From: Parcubacteria group bacterium | Lineage (GTDB): Bacteria; Patescibacteriota; Minisyncoccia; Minisyncoccales; UBA10102 | NCBI GenBank assembly: GCA_016203945.1 | Contig: JACQLT010000002.1 | Span: 797 to 64,796 of the forward strand | DNA length: 64,000 nt | Reading direction: 5' to 3' | Part shown: positions 24,371 through 33,635 of the stretch, piece after piece | Layout: each line of letters opens with the position of its first letter | Position numbering within the stretch: position 1 is the stretch's first letter | Program-made: the position numbers and the translations under genes | Notes under the pieces: generated by a model | What the model was told of the DNA's origin: nothing | What the model saw: the letters and a program-made list of their open reading frames with translations, nothing else | The model's database searches: none

Positions 24371-25424
24371 CGTAATATCCCAATGCCGCCAATCCCGGAA
24401 GCCGATCTCCCGCAAGAAACGCGAGCAACGCCCCCCCTCCGGTTGAGACATGACTGAACTTATCCTGCAATCCCTGCTTTCGCAAAAACGCGTTTAGATT
24501 TCCTCCGCCGGCAACCGAATACGCATGGCTCGCAATGACGGCCTGAGCCAGGGCGAGAGATCCTTTCTTATATTCCTCCTCTTCCACCCTCCCCACGGGA
24601 CCCGACCAAAATACGGTTTTTGCGTCCTTTAGCATCTCGCAAAACAGCGCGATGGTGCCAGGTCCGATATCAAAATTCAGTCCGTTGCCCGGATTCCCGT
24701 CAACTGGTTTCACAACCTTCTGCATATTCTTAAACCGTATGTTCTTTAACTCAAGCTCTCTGGCGATGAGATTGCTCACCAGAAGCGCGTCCGCGGCCTC
24801 GGAAATCGTATCCAGAAAATCCGCCTTGGTCTCCACCTTTGTGCCCCCGACGATGACGACCATGGGCTTTGCGGGGTTCTTGAGCAAGGGTTCTAGGGCC
24901 CGTACCTCTTCAAGAAGCGCCAGCCCAGCGAACGAAGGAATCAAAGAGGGCAGCTGGTCTATTGATGCATGGGCCCGATGGCTCGCGGAAAACGCTTCGT
25001 TGACGTATTGGTCTCCCAGACGAGCCAACTGTTTGGCGAACTCGGGGCTGTTCTTTTCTTCTCCTTCATGGAAACGCAGGTTTTCAAGCAAGAGCACGTC
25101 TCCCGGCTTTATCGCCAGGATTGCGTTCTCCACATCCTTGCCGACGCAGTCATCCGCCTTGTTCACAGGGATGCCGAGAAGCGAAGCCAGCTGAGAGCGT
25201 ACCGAGTTGAGCCGAAATCGCTCCACTACCTTGCCTGCGGGCCTATCCAAATGGCTTATGAGAATGACCTTTGCCCCCTCTTGCACCAGGTATCGTATGG
25301 TTCTGAGCGCGGAAACAATGCGCAAATCGTCCAGAATATTGCCCTGCTCATCTAAAGGAACGTTGAAGTCGCATCGAACAAGCACCCGTGTATTAAGGAC
25401 CTGGGCCTGCTGGATGCTCTTCAT
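24360..25424 (-). CDS. pgk: phosphoglycerate kinase (short form)
   Basis: RCDFNVPLDEQG, ISHLDRP, VVIVGGTKVETK, STGGGALLAFL. Confidence 0.92.
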   Translation of the reverse strand: MKSIQQAQVLNTRVLVRCDFNVPLDEQGNILDDLRIVSALRTIRYLVQEGAKVILISHLDRPAGKVVERFRLNSVRSQLASLLGIPVNKADDCVGKDVENAILAIKPGDVLLLENLRFHEGEEKNSPEFAKQLARLGDQYVNEAFSASHRAHASIDQLPSLIPSFAGLALLEEVRALEPLLKNPAKPMVVIVGGTKVETKADFLDTISEAADALLVSNLIARELELKNIRFKNMQKVVKPVDGNPGNGLNFDIGPGTIALFCEMLKDAKTVFWSGPVGRVEEEEYKKGSLALAQAVIASHAYSVAGGGNLNAFLRKQGLQDKFSHVSTGGGALLAFLAGDRLPGLAALGYYDGN

Positions 25425-27091
25425 TGAGAATCAAATGAAACGGTCTGTCCGGGCTCCAGGTTCCCCTGTTCGCCCCCCCCGGAAGGAGCTTTCTGTTCAA
25501 GGGCAGAAAACAGGGCTTTTCGCACTGCGTCCCGGTCTATATCTTTATGAGGCCTGTTCGTTTCCCGGTTTTGCCTTGAAGGATGAAACAAGACGGGCTC
25601 GATAGAATGCGCCTGATTGAAAGAAGGGGGGCGCCGCTGCTGTAGTTTTTTCCGGCAGGACTTGCAGTAGGTCGGGCGCTTGCCGTCCGGCTGGAACACA
25701 ACTTTCGTGTCCCTGCCGCAGATGCTGCACCTGGCGTCATATAAAGCCTGAGGCTGTTCTTGGGGCGCAAAAGGAGCAGTGCGCAGCTGAGAAGAAGGGG
25801 CTGTTGATTGAATCCCCACCCAGTCTGCGATGCTTTCCTCCACTCTGGCTACCTGAGTGCCGTACGTTTGTCTGGAAGCTGCGATGATTTCTTGTTCGTG
25901 CGAATCTGCGGGGCGCGCCTGGGGAGCGAGCGTACTCGCCGAAAAAGGCTTTCCCGCGATGCCGTCTATCATGAGTTTTACGTACGCGTGATATTTCGTA
26001 AGATTCACAAAATCCTGCAGGAGAAAGTCCGGGGAGAACTCTTTTTCAAGCACTTCCGCGTCCTCGGCTCCCACGCGGAATGTCACGATGGTTCCCATGT
26101 TTCCGAATACGGCGTCGCGCACCTGCGCCTGGTCCCCCGTTCCCAGCTGGGCTATATACTGATGACTCAGGATAAGGGCCAAGCGGTATTTTCTGGCCTC
26201 TGAAAGAATGTTTACGAAGCTCTCTGTGGCGAAGTTCTGAAACTCGTCAATGTACAAGAAGAAATCTTTGCGACTCTGTTCTGGAATATCCACGCGAGAC
26301 ATGGCAGCCAGCTGGAGCTTGGTGATGAGCAGGGCTCCCAAGAGTCTGGAGTTATCCTCCCCGATCCTCCCTTTCGCGAGATTCGCGATAAGAATTTTCT
26401 GCCCGTCCATGATTTCGCGCATGTTGATGGTGGAGTGGGTCTGACCAATGATGTTGCGCACAAGCGGGTTGGCGATGAACTGACCAACCTTGTTTTGAAT
26501 TGCGGCCGTTGCCTCTACCTCATAGCGCTGCGTGTACCTTGCGTATTCCTGCGTCCAAAACGCCTTTACCACGGGGTCCCCGATGTTGTTCACCACCCGT
26601 TTTCGGTATTCAACGTCAGCCAGCATGCGGTTTACTCCCAACAGCGTGGAACCCGGAGATTCCAGAAGCGCCAAAATCGCGTTGTTGAGAATATACTCCA
26701 TGCGGGCAGACCACACGTCAGGCCAGATCTTCTTGAACACAGACATGAGGCCGGAAGCCACCAAGTGCCGGAACTCGGGGCCCACGTCTTCCATGACGTT
26801 AAAGGCAATGGGATACGCCATGTCGGCCGGATTAAAATACACTACGTCCTGCACGCGCTCTTTCGGCACGAAATGAAGAATCTCTTCTGCGGCCTCTCCG
26901 TGCGGGTCAACGAATCCGACTCCCTCGCTCCCCACGATGTCCTGAATGATCATCTGCTCTAACATAGAGGTCTTGCCCATGCCGGTCTTGCCAAGCACAT
27001 AGAAATGGCGGCGCCTGTCGTCGCGCTTGATGCCGAATTTCTGCCGCCGATTGCGAAAAGTTGTCTCTCCGAAAAAATTAATGTCTATCAT
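25421..27091 (-). CDS. FtsK/HerA-superfamily, VirD4/TraD-like P-loop ATPase with C-terminal CxxC-x17-CxxC zinc ribbon
   Basis: YVLGKTGMGKTS (Walker A), FFLYIDEFQNF (Walker B), ARKYRLALILSHQ, then CSICGRDTKVVFQPDGKRPTYCKSC at 25655-25729. Confidence 0.75.
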   Translation of the reverse strand: MIDINFFGETTFRNRRQKFGIKRDDRRRHFYVLGKTGMGKTSMLEQMIIQDIVGSEGVGFVDPHGEAAEEILHFVPKERVQDVVYFNPADMAYPIAFNVMEDVGPEFRHLVASGLMSVFKKIWPDVWSARMEYILNNAILALLESPGSTLLGVNRMLADVEYRKRVVNNIGDPVVKAFWTQEYARYTQRYEVEATAAIQNKVGQFIANPLVRNIIGQTHSTINMREIMDGQKILIANLAKGRIGEDNSRLLGALLITKLQLAAMSRVDIPEQSRKDFFLYIDEFQNFATESFVNILSEARKYRLALILSHQYIAQLGTGDQAQVRDAVFGNMGTIVTFRVGAEDAEVLEKEFSPDFLLQDFVNLTKYHAYVKLMIDGIAGKPFSASTLAPQARPADSHEQEIIAASRQTYGTQVARVEESIADWVGIQSTAPSSQLRTAPFAPQEQPQALYDARCSICGRDTKVVFQPDGKRPTYCKSCRKKLQQRRPPSFNQAHSIEPVLFHPSRQNRETNRPHKDIDRDAVRKALFSALEQKAPSGGGEQGNLEPGQTVSFDSQ

Positions 27092-27101
27092 ATATATGAA
27101 C

Positions 27102-28373
27102 CTACTCTTGGGGAATGTTTGGGACGGCCTGCCCCTTCTTGGTTTCCACCCGCTGCACAGCTTGGGTGGTGACGGTCATCTCCGACGGGATATGGAAAAT
27201 CGTAGCCATCTCTTCGGTATTGAGCAAATACATGCCGCGTACGGCATCCGGGAAAAACGGAGGGAGGCGCTTCGTAAAGTTTCGAAAAAGGCGGCGTTTG
27301 CGCGTAAACACCCGTCTCCTATCCAAAAACCAAAGAGGAATGGTGTGTACCTTGGTTATGGTGTCCCGCAATGGACGCATATTGTTCAGGTTCCACGTGC
27401 TCAGCTGGCTGAAAAAGCTCATCACGACGGCTTTTGCCGGACTGAAGTAGTTCTCGCGCTTTGCTACGTACATAAAACGCATGGATGTCAAAAACCCGTA
27501 CTTGCCGATCTTCTCTTCAATGGCGGTGACAATGACCTTCTCCCCTGGCGTCAGCTTCATTTCCGGAGGAATGATTTCCTGGGCTTTCGGGGCTTCCGGC
27601 AGCTGGCCGGTGATCAAAAGATTGCTAGACGACTGAAGCTGACCCCTCAGAGAGGTGTCGGCTGCCTTGGGCCTGCGCACGAGCACGTCTACGATCTTTT
27701 TCCCGACCCCGTTATACTGATACTCAACTTGCGTAATCGGACGAAGCAAGAACTGAAGCCACAGCTGCTCTCCGGGTCCCAACGTCGTCAATCCTTCCAA
27801 GAGCAGAGCCAAAGGGTCCATGCGTTTCTCCTCTGGCGTCATCATGCTTTCTTCAAAAAATTTGGCGTAGGTCTTGATGGGATACACGTCTGGCTTCTCT
27901 AACATGTAATTCGTGCCCCAAAGATCCCAATCCTTGTTTGGGATATCCTGGGGAACGTTTTTCGTATAGTCCTCAACTTCGCTGAGCTCCGCATCCTGGT
28001 ATTGCGAGTAAATGGCAGACTCAATGAGCTTGCGGGAAGCCCGGGGAAAACGCATATAGAAATGGATTGATCCTTCAATGGAAACGATTTCCAGAGAAAT
28101 CCTGAGAAGATATTTTCCTTCAAACCACTTCTCCCTTGGATTGGCGGGGTCATACATCTGCCAAAATCCCATGAATACGTTCTCCATGGTTTGAATGGGC
28201 CGGAGCACTTGCCGAGGAAACATCAGCTCCAACATCATGTACGGGTTGTACGTGTCAAACACCTCCATGCGCCACCACAGCCACAAGAAGCGTGCCGGGG
28301 GAAACAGGACAAAAGGAAAAAAGAGCCACCACCAGGCGTCTAGAAATTCCCAGAGTAAGTTAAGCAAAGACAT
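27102..28373 (-). CDS. hypothetical membrane-anchored protein (partner of the ATPase)
   Basis: ATG 28373 (MSLLNLLWEFLDAWWWLFFPFVLFPP...) lies 5 nt after the upstream stop. N-terminal Trp/Phe-rich hairpin and a large soluble domain with no family recognised. Confidence 0.6.
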   Translation of the reverse strand: MSLLNLLWEFLDAWWWLFFPFVLFPPARFLWLWWRMEVFDTYNPYMMLELMFPRQVLRPIQTMENVFMGFWQMYDPANPREKWFEGKYLLRISLEIVSIEGSIHFYMRFPRASRKLIESAIYSQYQDAELSEVEDYTKNVPQDIPNKDWDLWGTNYMLEKPDVYPIKTYAKFFEESMMTPEEKRMDPLALLLEGLTTLGPGEQLWLQFLLRPITQVEYQYNGVGKKIVDVLVRRPKAADTSLRGQLQSSSNLLITGQLPEAPKAQEIIPPEMKLTPGEKVIVTAIEEKIGKYGFLTSMRFMYVAKRENYFSPAKAVVMSFFSQLSTWNLNNMRPLRDTITKVHTIPLWFLDRRRVFTRKRRLFRNFTKRLPPFFPDAVRGMYLLNTEEMATIFHIPSEMTVTTQAVQRVETKKGQAVPNIPQE

Positions 28374-28378
28374 ATATG

Positions 28379-29395
28379 CTATCTGCGATAGGAATATCTT
28401 TCCTGCTCGTCTTTGGCAAAGAGAGAGCGGTCCTGAAGGTTCAAGAGCACCGTGCTCGTCTTCACCTGGCGCAAGCGAAGCACCTCTTGTATGATAGCAT
28501 CTTTTTTCATTGGCTGCTGCTTCTCCTTGAGTATGCCCACGATAACATCCTTGACGGTGCCCGGCGCAACCCCCCACTCTGCGAGTGCGTATGTTCCCCT
28601 TCCGACGAGCACAAATCTCTTATCTTTAATGAGCTCGTTGTGCACGGTCTGCACGAGCGTGGAAACCTGTCTCTTCTGAAGTCCGAGCGCGTCAATGAGC
28701 TGGGCGACTTCGCGGAAATGGAGGGGATGACGCTTGTGCTTGAGAACGATATATGCGCGATCTCTCACTCCCCGGGGTTTTACCTCGGGCCATTCCACAA
28801 GTCCCCATTTTCCTTCAAAGGTCTGCTCAATATCTTTGGCAACTTCCAAATGCGACGCCAATATGCGATCCTCCAGGGAACGCGCAAGCTCGTTGAACTG
28901 AATGGGTTTCCCCTGCGACTCCAACCGCTGTCTGAGCTTTTGGAGAATCCCAGGAAGGATTTTGCCCAGGTCTCTTCTCTTGGTCCAGAACGAATAGAAA
29001 TTGTCGCTCTCCTTCTCTCGCACGAGATCCTGGGCGAAGGTCAAAAGAAAAGCAACTGAATTCTCAAGAGACGAGACCCGATCGGTCAGTTCCTGCAGCA
29101 GCAGGTCTTCCCGCCTGAATCCTCCTGCCTTTGCCAGCAAGGATGAGGTGAGCTCAAAGAGCTTTGAGGTCGCATGCTCTTTTTTCTCTTGATTCAAGAG
29201 TTCCTGGATTTGCTTCAATCCCCCGGCCTCAATCTGGCGGATCCGTTCGCGCGTGACGCCAAAGCTCTGTCCTATCGCTTCAAGGGTTTGCGGCCCCTCT
29301 TCCTGAAGCCCAAACCTCCGAGACAGCACATCCCTGGTTCTTTCTTCTACAGAAGCTAGAAGTGCTAATGAAAGCTTTTGATAGTCGATTGCCAT
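28379..29395 (-). CDS. DNA-binding protein: sigma-70 region-4-like HTH plus HARE-HTH-like winged helices
   Basis: RDVLSRRFGLQEEGPQTLEAIGQSFGVTRERIRQIE (region 4.2-like) and HNELIKDKRFVLVGRGTYALAEWG (HARE-HTH-like). Confidence 0.7.
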   Translation of the reverse strand: MAIDYQKLSLALLASVEERTRDVLSRRFGLQEEGPQTLEAIGQSFGVTRERIRQIEAGGLKQIQELLNQEKKEHATSKLFELTSSLLAKAGGFRREDLLLQELTDRVSSLENSVAFLLTFAQDLVREKESDNFYSFWTKRRDLGKILPGILQKLRQRLESQGKPIQFNELARSLEDRILASHLEVAKDIEQTFEGKWGLVEWPEVKPRGVRDRAYIVLKHKRHPLHFREVAQLIDALGLQKRQVSTLVQTVHNELIKDKRFVLVGRGTYALAEWGVAPGTVKDVIVGILKEKQQPMKKDAIIQEVLRLRQVKTSTVLLNLQDRSLFAKDEQERYSYRR

Positions 29396-29402
29396 ATCTT
29401 CT

Positions 29403-29431
29403 ATTGAACCAGATATTTGACATTAGGTCAA
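29403..29431 (-). promoter_or_regulatory. promoter TTGACC-N17-TTCAAT, 7 nt from ATG 29395
   Basis: rc of 29426-29431 = TTGACC and rc of 29403-29408 = TTCAAT. Overlaps the secF stop codon. Confidence 0.4.
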
Positions 29432-30312
29432 GTCCTGTTTCTCTTATGCCAGAACAAGAGCAAGGGAGGAGCAAGGAGAATGGAAGAGTACGTGCCAGCG
29501 ATAACCCCCGCAATGAGCACGAGCGCAAAGGGCTTGAGCGTTGCTCCTCCCCAGACATACAGCGCGACGAGCACTAAGAGCACTGTGAACGAAGTACTCA
29601 GAGACCTGCCGAAGGTCTGCCGGACAGAGATACCAATGGTATCTTCCAGCGTGGCTCCCGTACGCTTTCTCAGGTTTTCCCTGACCCTGTCAAACACCAC
29701 GATGGTATCGTTGATGGAGTATCCGAGGACGGTCAAGAGCCCGACTATCACGGGAATCCCAACCTGCAGATCCTGAAATCTGCCAAGCACAGCGAACACT
29801 CCCAGGGGCACCACCAGGTCATGCATCGTCACGATCAGCGCAGCCAAGCTGTATTCCCAGGAATGCACCTTTCCCCCATGCTGGCGAAACGCCAAGGCGA
29901 TGTAGAGAACGATGATGAATGAGGAGAGCGCTGCCATGAACAGCGTGCTTTCTCTCAGCTCCTTTCCCACCACAGGTCCTATGGATTCAAAACGCAGTTC
30001 TTTGACATCAGCTCCCAGGAGCGATAGGACGAGCTGATGCTGATGCTCTGGAATATCCTTCATTTTTATGATGAGGTTCCGTTCTCCAGCTGGCTGCAAA
30101 GACTCAAGGCCGATATCAAGACCAGAAAGCCTCTGCATGACTTCTTCGTTGGAAGGACGCATCCCCTGATATTCCACTTCCATGATGCTCCCTCCCGCAA
30201 AATCAATGCCGGGACGCAATCCAAATACCAGCAAGACGCCCAAGCTCGCTAAAACCATAAGCAGACAGAAGATGAGAAAGAATGGGGCTAATCTGGAAAA
30301 CGTCATATTCAT
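29428..30312 (-). CDS. secF: protein translocase subunit SecF
   Basis: 6-TM SecF topology, GIDFAGGS, INDTIVVFDRVREN. Confidence 0.9.
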   Translation of the reverse strand: MNMTFSRLAPFFLIFCLLMVLASLGVLLVFGLRPGIDFAGGSIMEVEYQGMRPSNEEVMQRLSGLDIGLESLQPAGERNLIIKMKDIPEHQHQLVLSLLGADVKELRFESIGPVVGKELRESTLFMAALSSFIIVLYIALAFRQHGGKVHSWEYSLAALIVTMHDLVVPLGVFAVLGRFQDLQVGIPVIVGLLTVLGYSINDTIVVFDRVRENLRKRTGATLEDTIGISVRQTFGRSLSTSFTVLLVLVALYVWGGATLKPFALVLIAGVIAGTYSSILLAPPLLLFWHKRNRT

Positions 30313-31562
30313 ATCTTTGCAATTCGTTCAAGCTTCGTGCCAGCCATAAGGCGCAGCAATACCCGGGTCACCATCATGGCTGAAATCATGCTCACGATAA
30401 TACCTATGGACAGAGCCACGGCAAATCCCTTCACAAAAGAAGAGCCGAATTGGAAAAGAATAAAGGCAACGAGCAGCGTGGTGCCGTTTCCGTCCCGAAT
30501 AGACGGCCACGCCCGAGAAAACCCTTCTTCCAGAGCAATAATGAAGCTCTTCTGGGACTTTAACTCTTCTCGCATGCGGGCGAATACCAGAATGTTTGCG
30601 TCAACCGCCATGCCAATGGAAAGGATGAATCCCCCGATGCCAGCCAAGGTAAGGGTAATGGGGATGAGCTTGAACACCGCAAGTACGAGAGCCACGTACC
30701 ACAGCAGAGCCAGAACCGAGGCGAGCCCGGGGAGTCGATAGAAGACAAGCATAAAAAGAATCACGAGTCCAAATCCTGCGATGCCCGCGCGCATCGACCG
30801 CTCCAGAGAAACCGCCCCCAATGTGGGACCCACTGACTGCTGGGAAATGAGAGATATGGGAACCGGCAGAGCCCCCGCATTCAATTCACGCACGAGCTGC
30901 CTTGCTTCCTGGGGGGTGAATGATCCTGAAATCTGCGCGTTGCCGCTGGAGATTGTTTCTTGCACTATTGGAGCCTGAAGTATCTGGTAATCCAGGAAAA
31001 TCGCGAGGGGCTTCCCTACGTTCCTGCTGGTGACCTGTTCAAAAAGCTTCGCTCCCTCATCATTGAACTCCAACTGAATGAGAGGGGTATTCGTGATCGA
31101 GTCAAAACCGACTTGCGCCTTCTTGAGATACTTGCCGGTGAGCTGGGTGTCTTGGAAGGGATCTTCGTTCTGTTCCGCCAACTGTTGATAGTTCTCTTTA
31201 GTCTCACGAAACTGAAGAAACGGCGTTTGGCCGATAATCTGGATGGCCTGGTTGGGGTCCTGGATGCCCGCGAGTTCCACAAGAAGGCGGCCCGCTTCTC
31301 CTCTTCCTTCGGTCTGCACAATTGGTTCTGTCACCCCGAACAGATTCACCCTGCGCTCAATCACATCCCTGAGGCCAGCCATGACCTCGTCATAATCCTG
31401 GGAAGGAATCTTAGAAAGATCCGCTTGGTATACAAGAGAAACCCCTCCCTGAAGGTCAAGGCCGAAGCGGAACGGAAATTGTGAGCTCCAATCTACGAAA
31501 ACAGCTACTCCTCCGACGAAAAGAATGACGAGAAGCGCGATAAAAATGCGAGTTCTTCCCAT
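30309..31562 (-). CDS. secD: protein translocase subunit SecD
   Basis: GLDLQGGVSLVYQ, periplasmic domain, LAGIGGFILSIGMAVDANILVFARMREE. 4-nt overlap with secF. Confidence 0.9.
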   Translation of the reverse strand: MGRTRIFIALLVILFVGGVAVFVDWSSQFPFRFGLDLQGGVSLVYQADLSKIPSQDYDEVMAGLRDVIERRVNLFGVTEPIVQTEGRGEAGRLLVELAGIQDPNQAIQIIGQTPFLQFRETKENYQQLAEQNEDPFQDTQLTGKYLKKAQVGFDSITNTPLIQLEFNDEGAKLFEQVTSRNVGKPLAIFLDYQILQAPIVQETISSGNAQISGSFTPQEARQLVRELNAGALPVPISLISQQSVGPTLGAVSLERSMRAGIAGFGLVILFMLVFYRLPGLASVLALLWYVALVLAVFKLIPITLTLAGIGGFILSIGMAVDANILVFARMREELKSQKSFIIALEEGFSRAWPSIRDGNGTTLLVAFILFQFGSSFVKGFAVALSIGIIVSMISAMMVTRVLLRLMAGTKLERIAKI

Positions 31563-31576
31563 AGAAAATTATCCTA

Positions 31577-32050
31577 TCACCATTTCTTCGCTTTTTGCAA
31601 GCTCGCCTTGCTACGAGACAGGTAGCTGCGCAGCAGCCAAGAGCTGGACTGGATCTTTCCACCCCTCCCTATGCCAAATACCATAGCGCACCTAATCTCT
31701 CTGCACACCGTGACCTCGGGCACGTTGTGTTTTTTCCTATCCCCTCCGTTAGCAAAAATATCGGGACGAATCTTCCGAAGCTCCTTTGATACGCTCATGT
31801 CCTGTACGTTCTTTGTGTGAGAGGTAAGGACAACGCGATCCACCGGCCTCAGGGCTTCAATGACTTCTTTGCGTTCTTTTTCTGGCATGAATACGTACCC
31901 CTTTTTCTTGCGCAGCCAGTTGTCGTTATTCAAAATCACCACGAGTTCGTTTCCCAGAGTGCGAGCTTCCTTAAACAGACGGATGTGCCCGATGTGAACG
32001 GGATCAAACCCTCCGGATACCGCGACAACGAGTTTTCGCTTTTTTGCCAT
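31577..32050 (-). CDS. cytidylyltransferase-family nucleotidyltransferase (HxGH type)
   Basis: VVAVSGGFDPVHIGHIRLFKEA. Size and pattern match the RfaE-domain-II/TagD/RibL-like enzymes; substrate unknown. Confidence 0.65.
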   Translation of the reverse strand: MAKKRKLVVAVSGGFDPVHIGHIRLFKEARTLGNELVVILNNDNWLRKKKGYVFMPEKERKEVIEALRPVDRVVLTSHTKNVQDMSVSKELRKIRPDIFANGGDRKKHNVPEVTVCREIRCAMVFGIGRGGKIQSSSWLLRSYLSRSKASLQKAKKW

Positions 32051-32068
32051 TGAGATATTCTATCCTGC

Positions 32069-32386
32069 CTACGCTTCTTTCTCAAGCATTGCCTGGATGC
32101 GCCGCACCTCTGCCTCCACGAGCCCTCCTTCATACTCTCCACTGTGAGCCGATACCCCGCTGTAGCTTGGCTGCCGCTGGTCAATGTGCAGATTACAGGA
32201 AGCCGTGCGCTCCTGCTGCTTCATGCCGCAATACATATGGAATCTGGGGTATCGAGACCTTCCGCCCCCAAGGTAACGGGAAAATCTCCATTCTCCGGTT
32301 TTCTCGTCGGTGCCCTCCGGCGCATATCCTGCTCTCCGCATCAGCAGCGGAAAATTCTCTTTGGGAAATTTTGCCTCAAATCTCAT
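32069..32386 (-). CDS. hypothetical protein
   Basis: 105-aa ORF overlapping its upstream neighbour by 11 nt. No motif recognised. Confidence 0.45.
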   Translation of the reverse strand: MRFEAKFPKENFPLLMRRAGYAPEGTDEKTGEWRFSRYLGGGRSRYPRFHMYCGMKQQERTASCNLHIDQRQPSYSGVSAHSGEYEGGLVEAEVRRIQAMLEKEA

Positions 32387-32603
32387 GTTTTTTCATCCGG
32401 TAACCGTCTTTCTTCACGCGTATCCGTATCCAAATTGATTGAACTATCATTTTCGCGATTGCCTCCAACCCTCCGATTTGAAGAGACAACTTAATATCCC
32501 CTGAAACGATATATACCACGAGAACGGTGATGAATGTGGCGATTATGCGCCATTCTGCGGCAAGAAAAAAATCTTCGGCAAACTTTTTGAATATCGAGCG
32601 CAT
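32376..32603 (-). CDS. small 2-TM membrane protein (DUF2061-like)
   Basis: EWRIIATFITVLVVYIVSGDIKLSLQIGGLEAIAKMIVQSIW resembles the DUF2061 pattern. Confidence 0.5.
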   Translation of the reverse strand: MRSIFKKFAEDFFLAAEWRIIATFITVLVVYIVSGDIKLSLQIGGLEAIAKMIVQSIWIRIRVKKDGYRMKKHEI

Positions 32604-32623
32604 CGTATTGTAAAAAAATACGT

Positions 32624-33091
32624 TTATTGTATATGTTCGACTTCTTTTAATTGATGCTCAAGGATCGTATCTGAACCATCAAACACGAATATCCCATGAA
32701 ACTTCTTGCCTTGCAAGAACAACGGAAACCAGTGTTCGTCATCCGGCCACATATCTTGAAAAGGAATTTCGTTTACCGAAAACCATTGCGGCTTCATCTC
32801 CTCCGTTTCCTGCGGTTCTCCGGTAAAACGAATTACTCTGAATATGTGCACCTCAAGAATTTCAGGATTTCCCTGAAATTCAAATTCAAGAATCCCCTGT
32901 TTTTCCATCTCTTCTGCGACAACACCCGCTTCTTCCCGGAGCTCTCGCATTGCGGCCGTTTCCATGCTCTCTCCCTCTTGAATTTTTCCTCCAAATCCAT
33001 TCCATCTCCCCTGCCCGAATCCCCTCTTCTTCATCCCCAAAAGCACGCTCCCGTCTTTCTGAATCATGCACAGCGTCAGCACTTTTTTCAT
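32624..33091 (-). CDS. NUDIX hydrolase (MutT-like)
   Basis: Nudix box GGKIQEGESMETAAMRELREEAGV. Confidence 0.88.
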   Translation of the reverse strand: MKKVLTLCMIQKDGSVLLGMKKRGFGQGRWNGFGGKIQEGESMETAAMRELREEAGVVAEEMEKQGILEFEFQGNPEILEVHIFRVIRFTGEPQETEEMKPQWFSVNEIPFQDMWPDDEHWFPLFLQGKKFHGIFVFDGSDTILEHQLKEVEHIQ

Positions 33092-33109
33092 TCTCTTACC
33101 CTATCACGC

Positions 33110-33142
33110 AAGAGAAGAAAAGAAAAAGAGCTTTGAAGCTCT
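33110..33142 (-). terminator. rho-independent terminator after the GNAT gene
   Basis: AGAGCT-TCAA-AGCTCT followed by TTTTTCTTTTCTTCTCTT. Confidence 0.55.
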
Positions 33143-33143
33143 C

Positions 33144-33629
33144 TCAATTCAGTTTTAGCTGCATATAGAGATCAGTCTCGTATGACAAAGAAAGATGGGT
33201 GATGGGAACAAAGCCATGCTTTTTAAATATCCGGTGGGCTTCGATTGATTCACGCTTCGTACTCAGCCAAACGGTTTCGAACGAATGAGTTTTTGCATAC
33301 CCCAATGCAGTCTTGAGCAGTTTTGAACCAATACCCATGCCGCGCTTCTCTGGTGAAATATACCAGCGCCGCAGAAGGACGCGCTTTCTATCGAGCACCT
33401 GAATTCCTACGGTTCCAACAATGACTTCTCCCTCTCGTGCCAACCAAAACTCTCCGCCGTTTTGCTGATACGTCCTGCTGATAGAAAAAATATCTACTCC
33501 TGCGCCGTCGCGCCGGAGCGGTCTGCCGAGATCTGTCCAAACCGTCTCAATAAATTCGGCGGTCTGCTTTTGCAGCTCCGGACGAAATGCCTCTATATGA
33601 AATGTTCTTTTCTGCGCAATAGAGCTCAC
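33144..33629 (-). CDS. GNAT-family N-acetyltransferase
   Basis: ISPEKRGMGIGSKLLKTAL (acetyl-CoA binding R/Q-x-x-G-x-G). Confidence 0.8.
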   Translation of the reverse strand: MSSIAQKRTFHIEAFRPELQKQTAEFIETVWTDLGRPLRRDGAGVDIFSISRTYQQNGGEFWLAREGEVIVGTVGIQVLDRKRVLLRRWYISPEKRGMGIGSKLLKTALGYAKTHSFETVWLSTKRESIEAHRIFKKHGFVPITHLSLSYETDLYMQLKLN

Positions 33630-33635
33630 GGTAGA

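Noticed and set aside
25473-25480. C8 (G8 on the coding strand) homopolymer near the 3' end of the ATPase gene, as a second phase-variation switch
   Set aside because: The frame is intact (it encodes GGG within ...APSGGGEQG...). Slippage would alter only the last ~20 non-conserved residues. It is noted but is no evidence of switching.
27027-27902. 291-aa plus-strand ORF
   Set aside because: It is antisense to the membrane partner gene and the ATPase start. Its composition is typical of antisense translation of a coding region.
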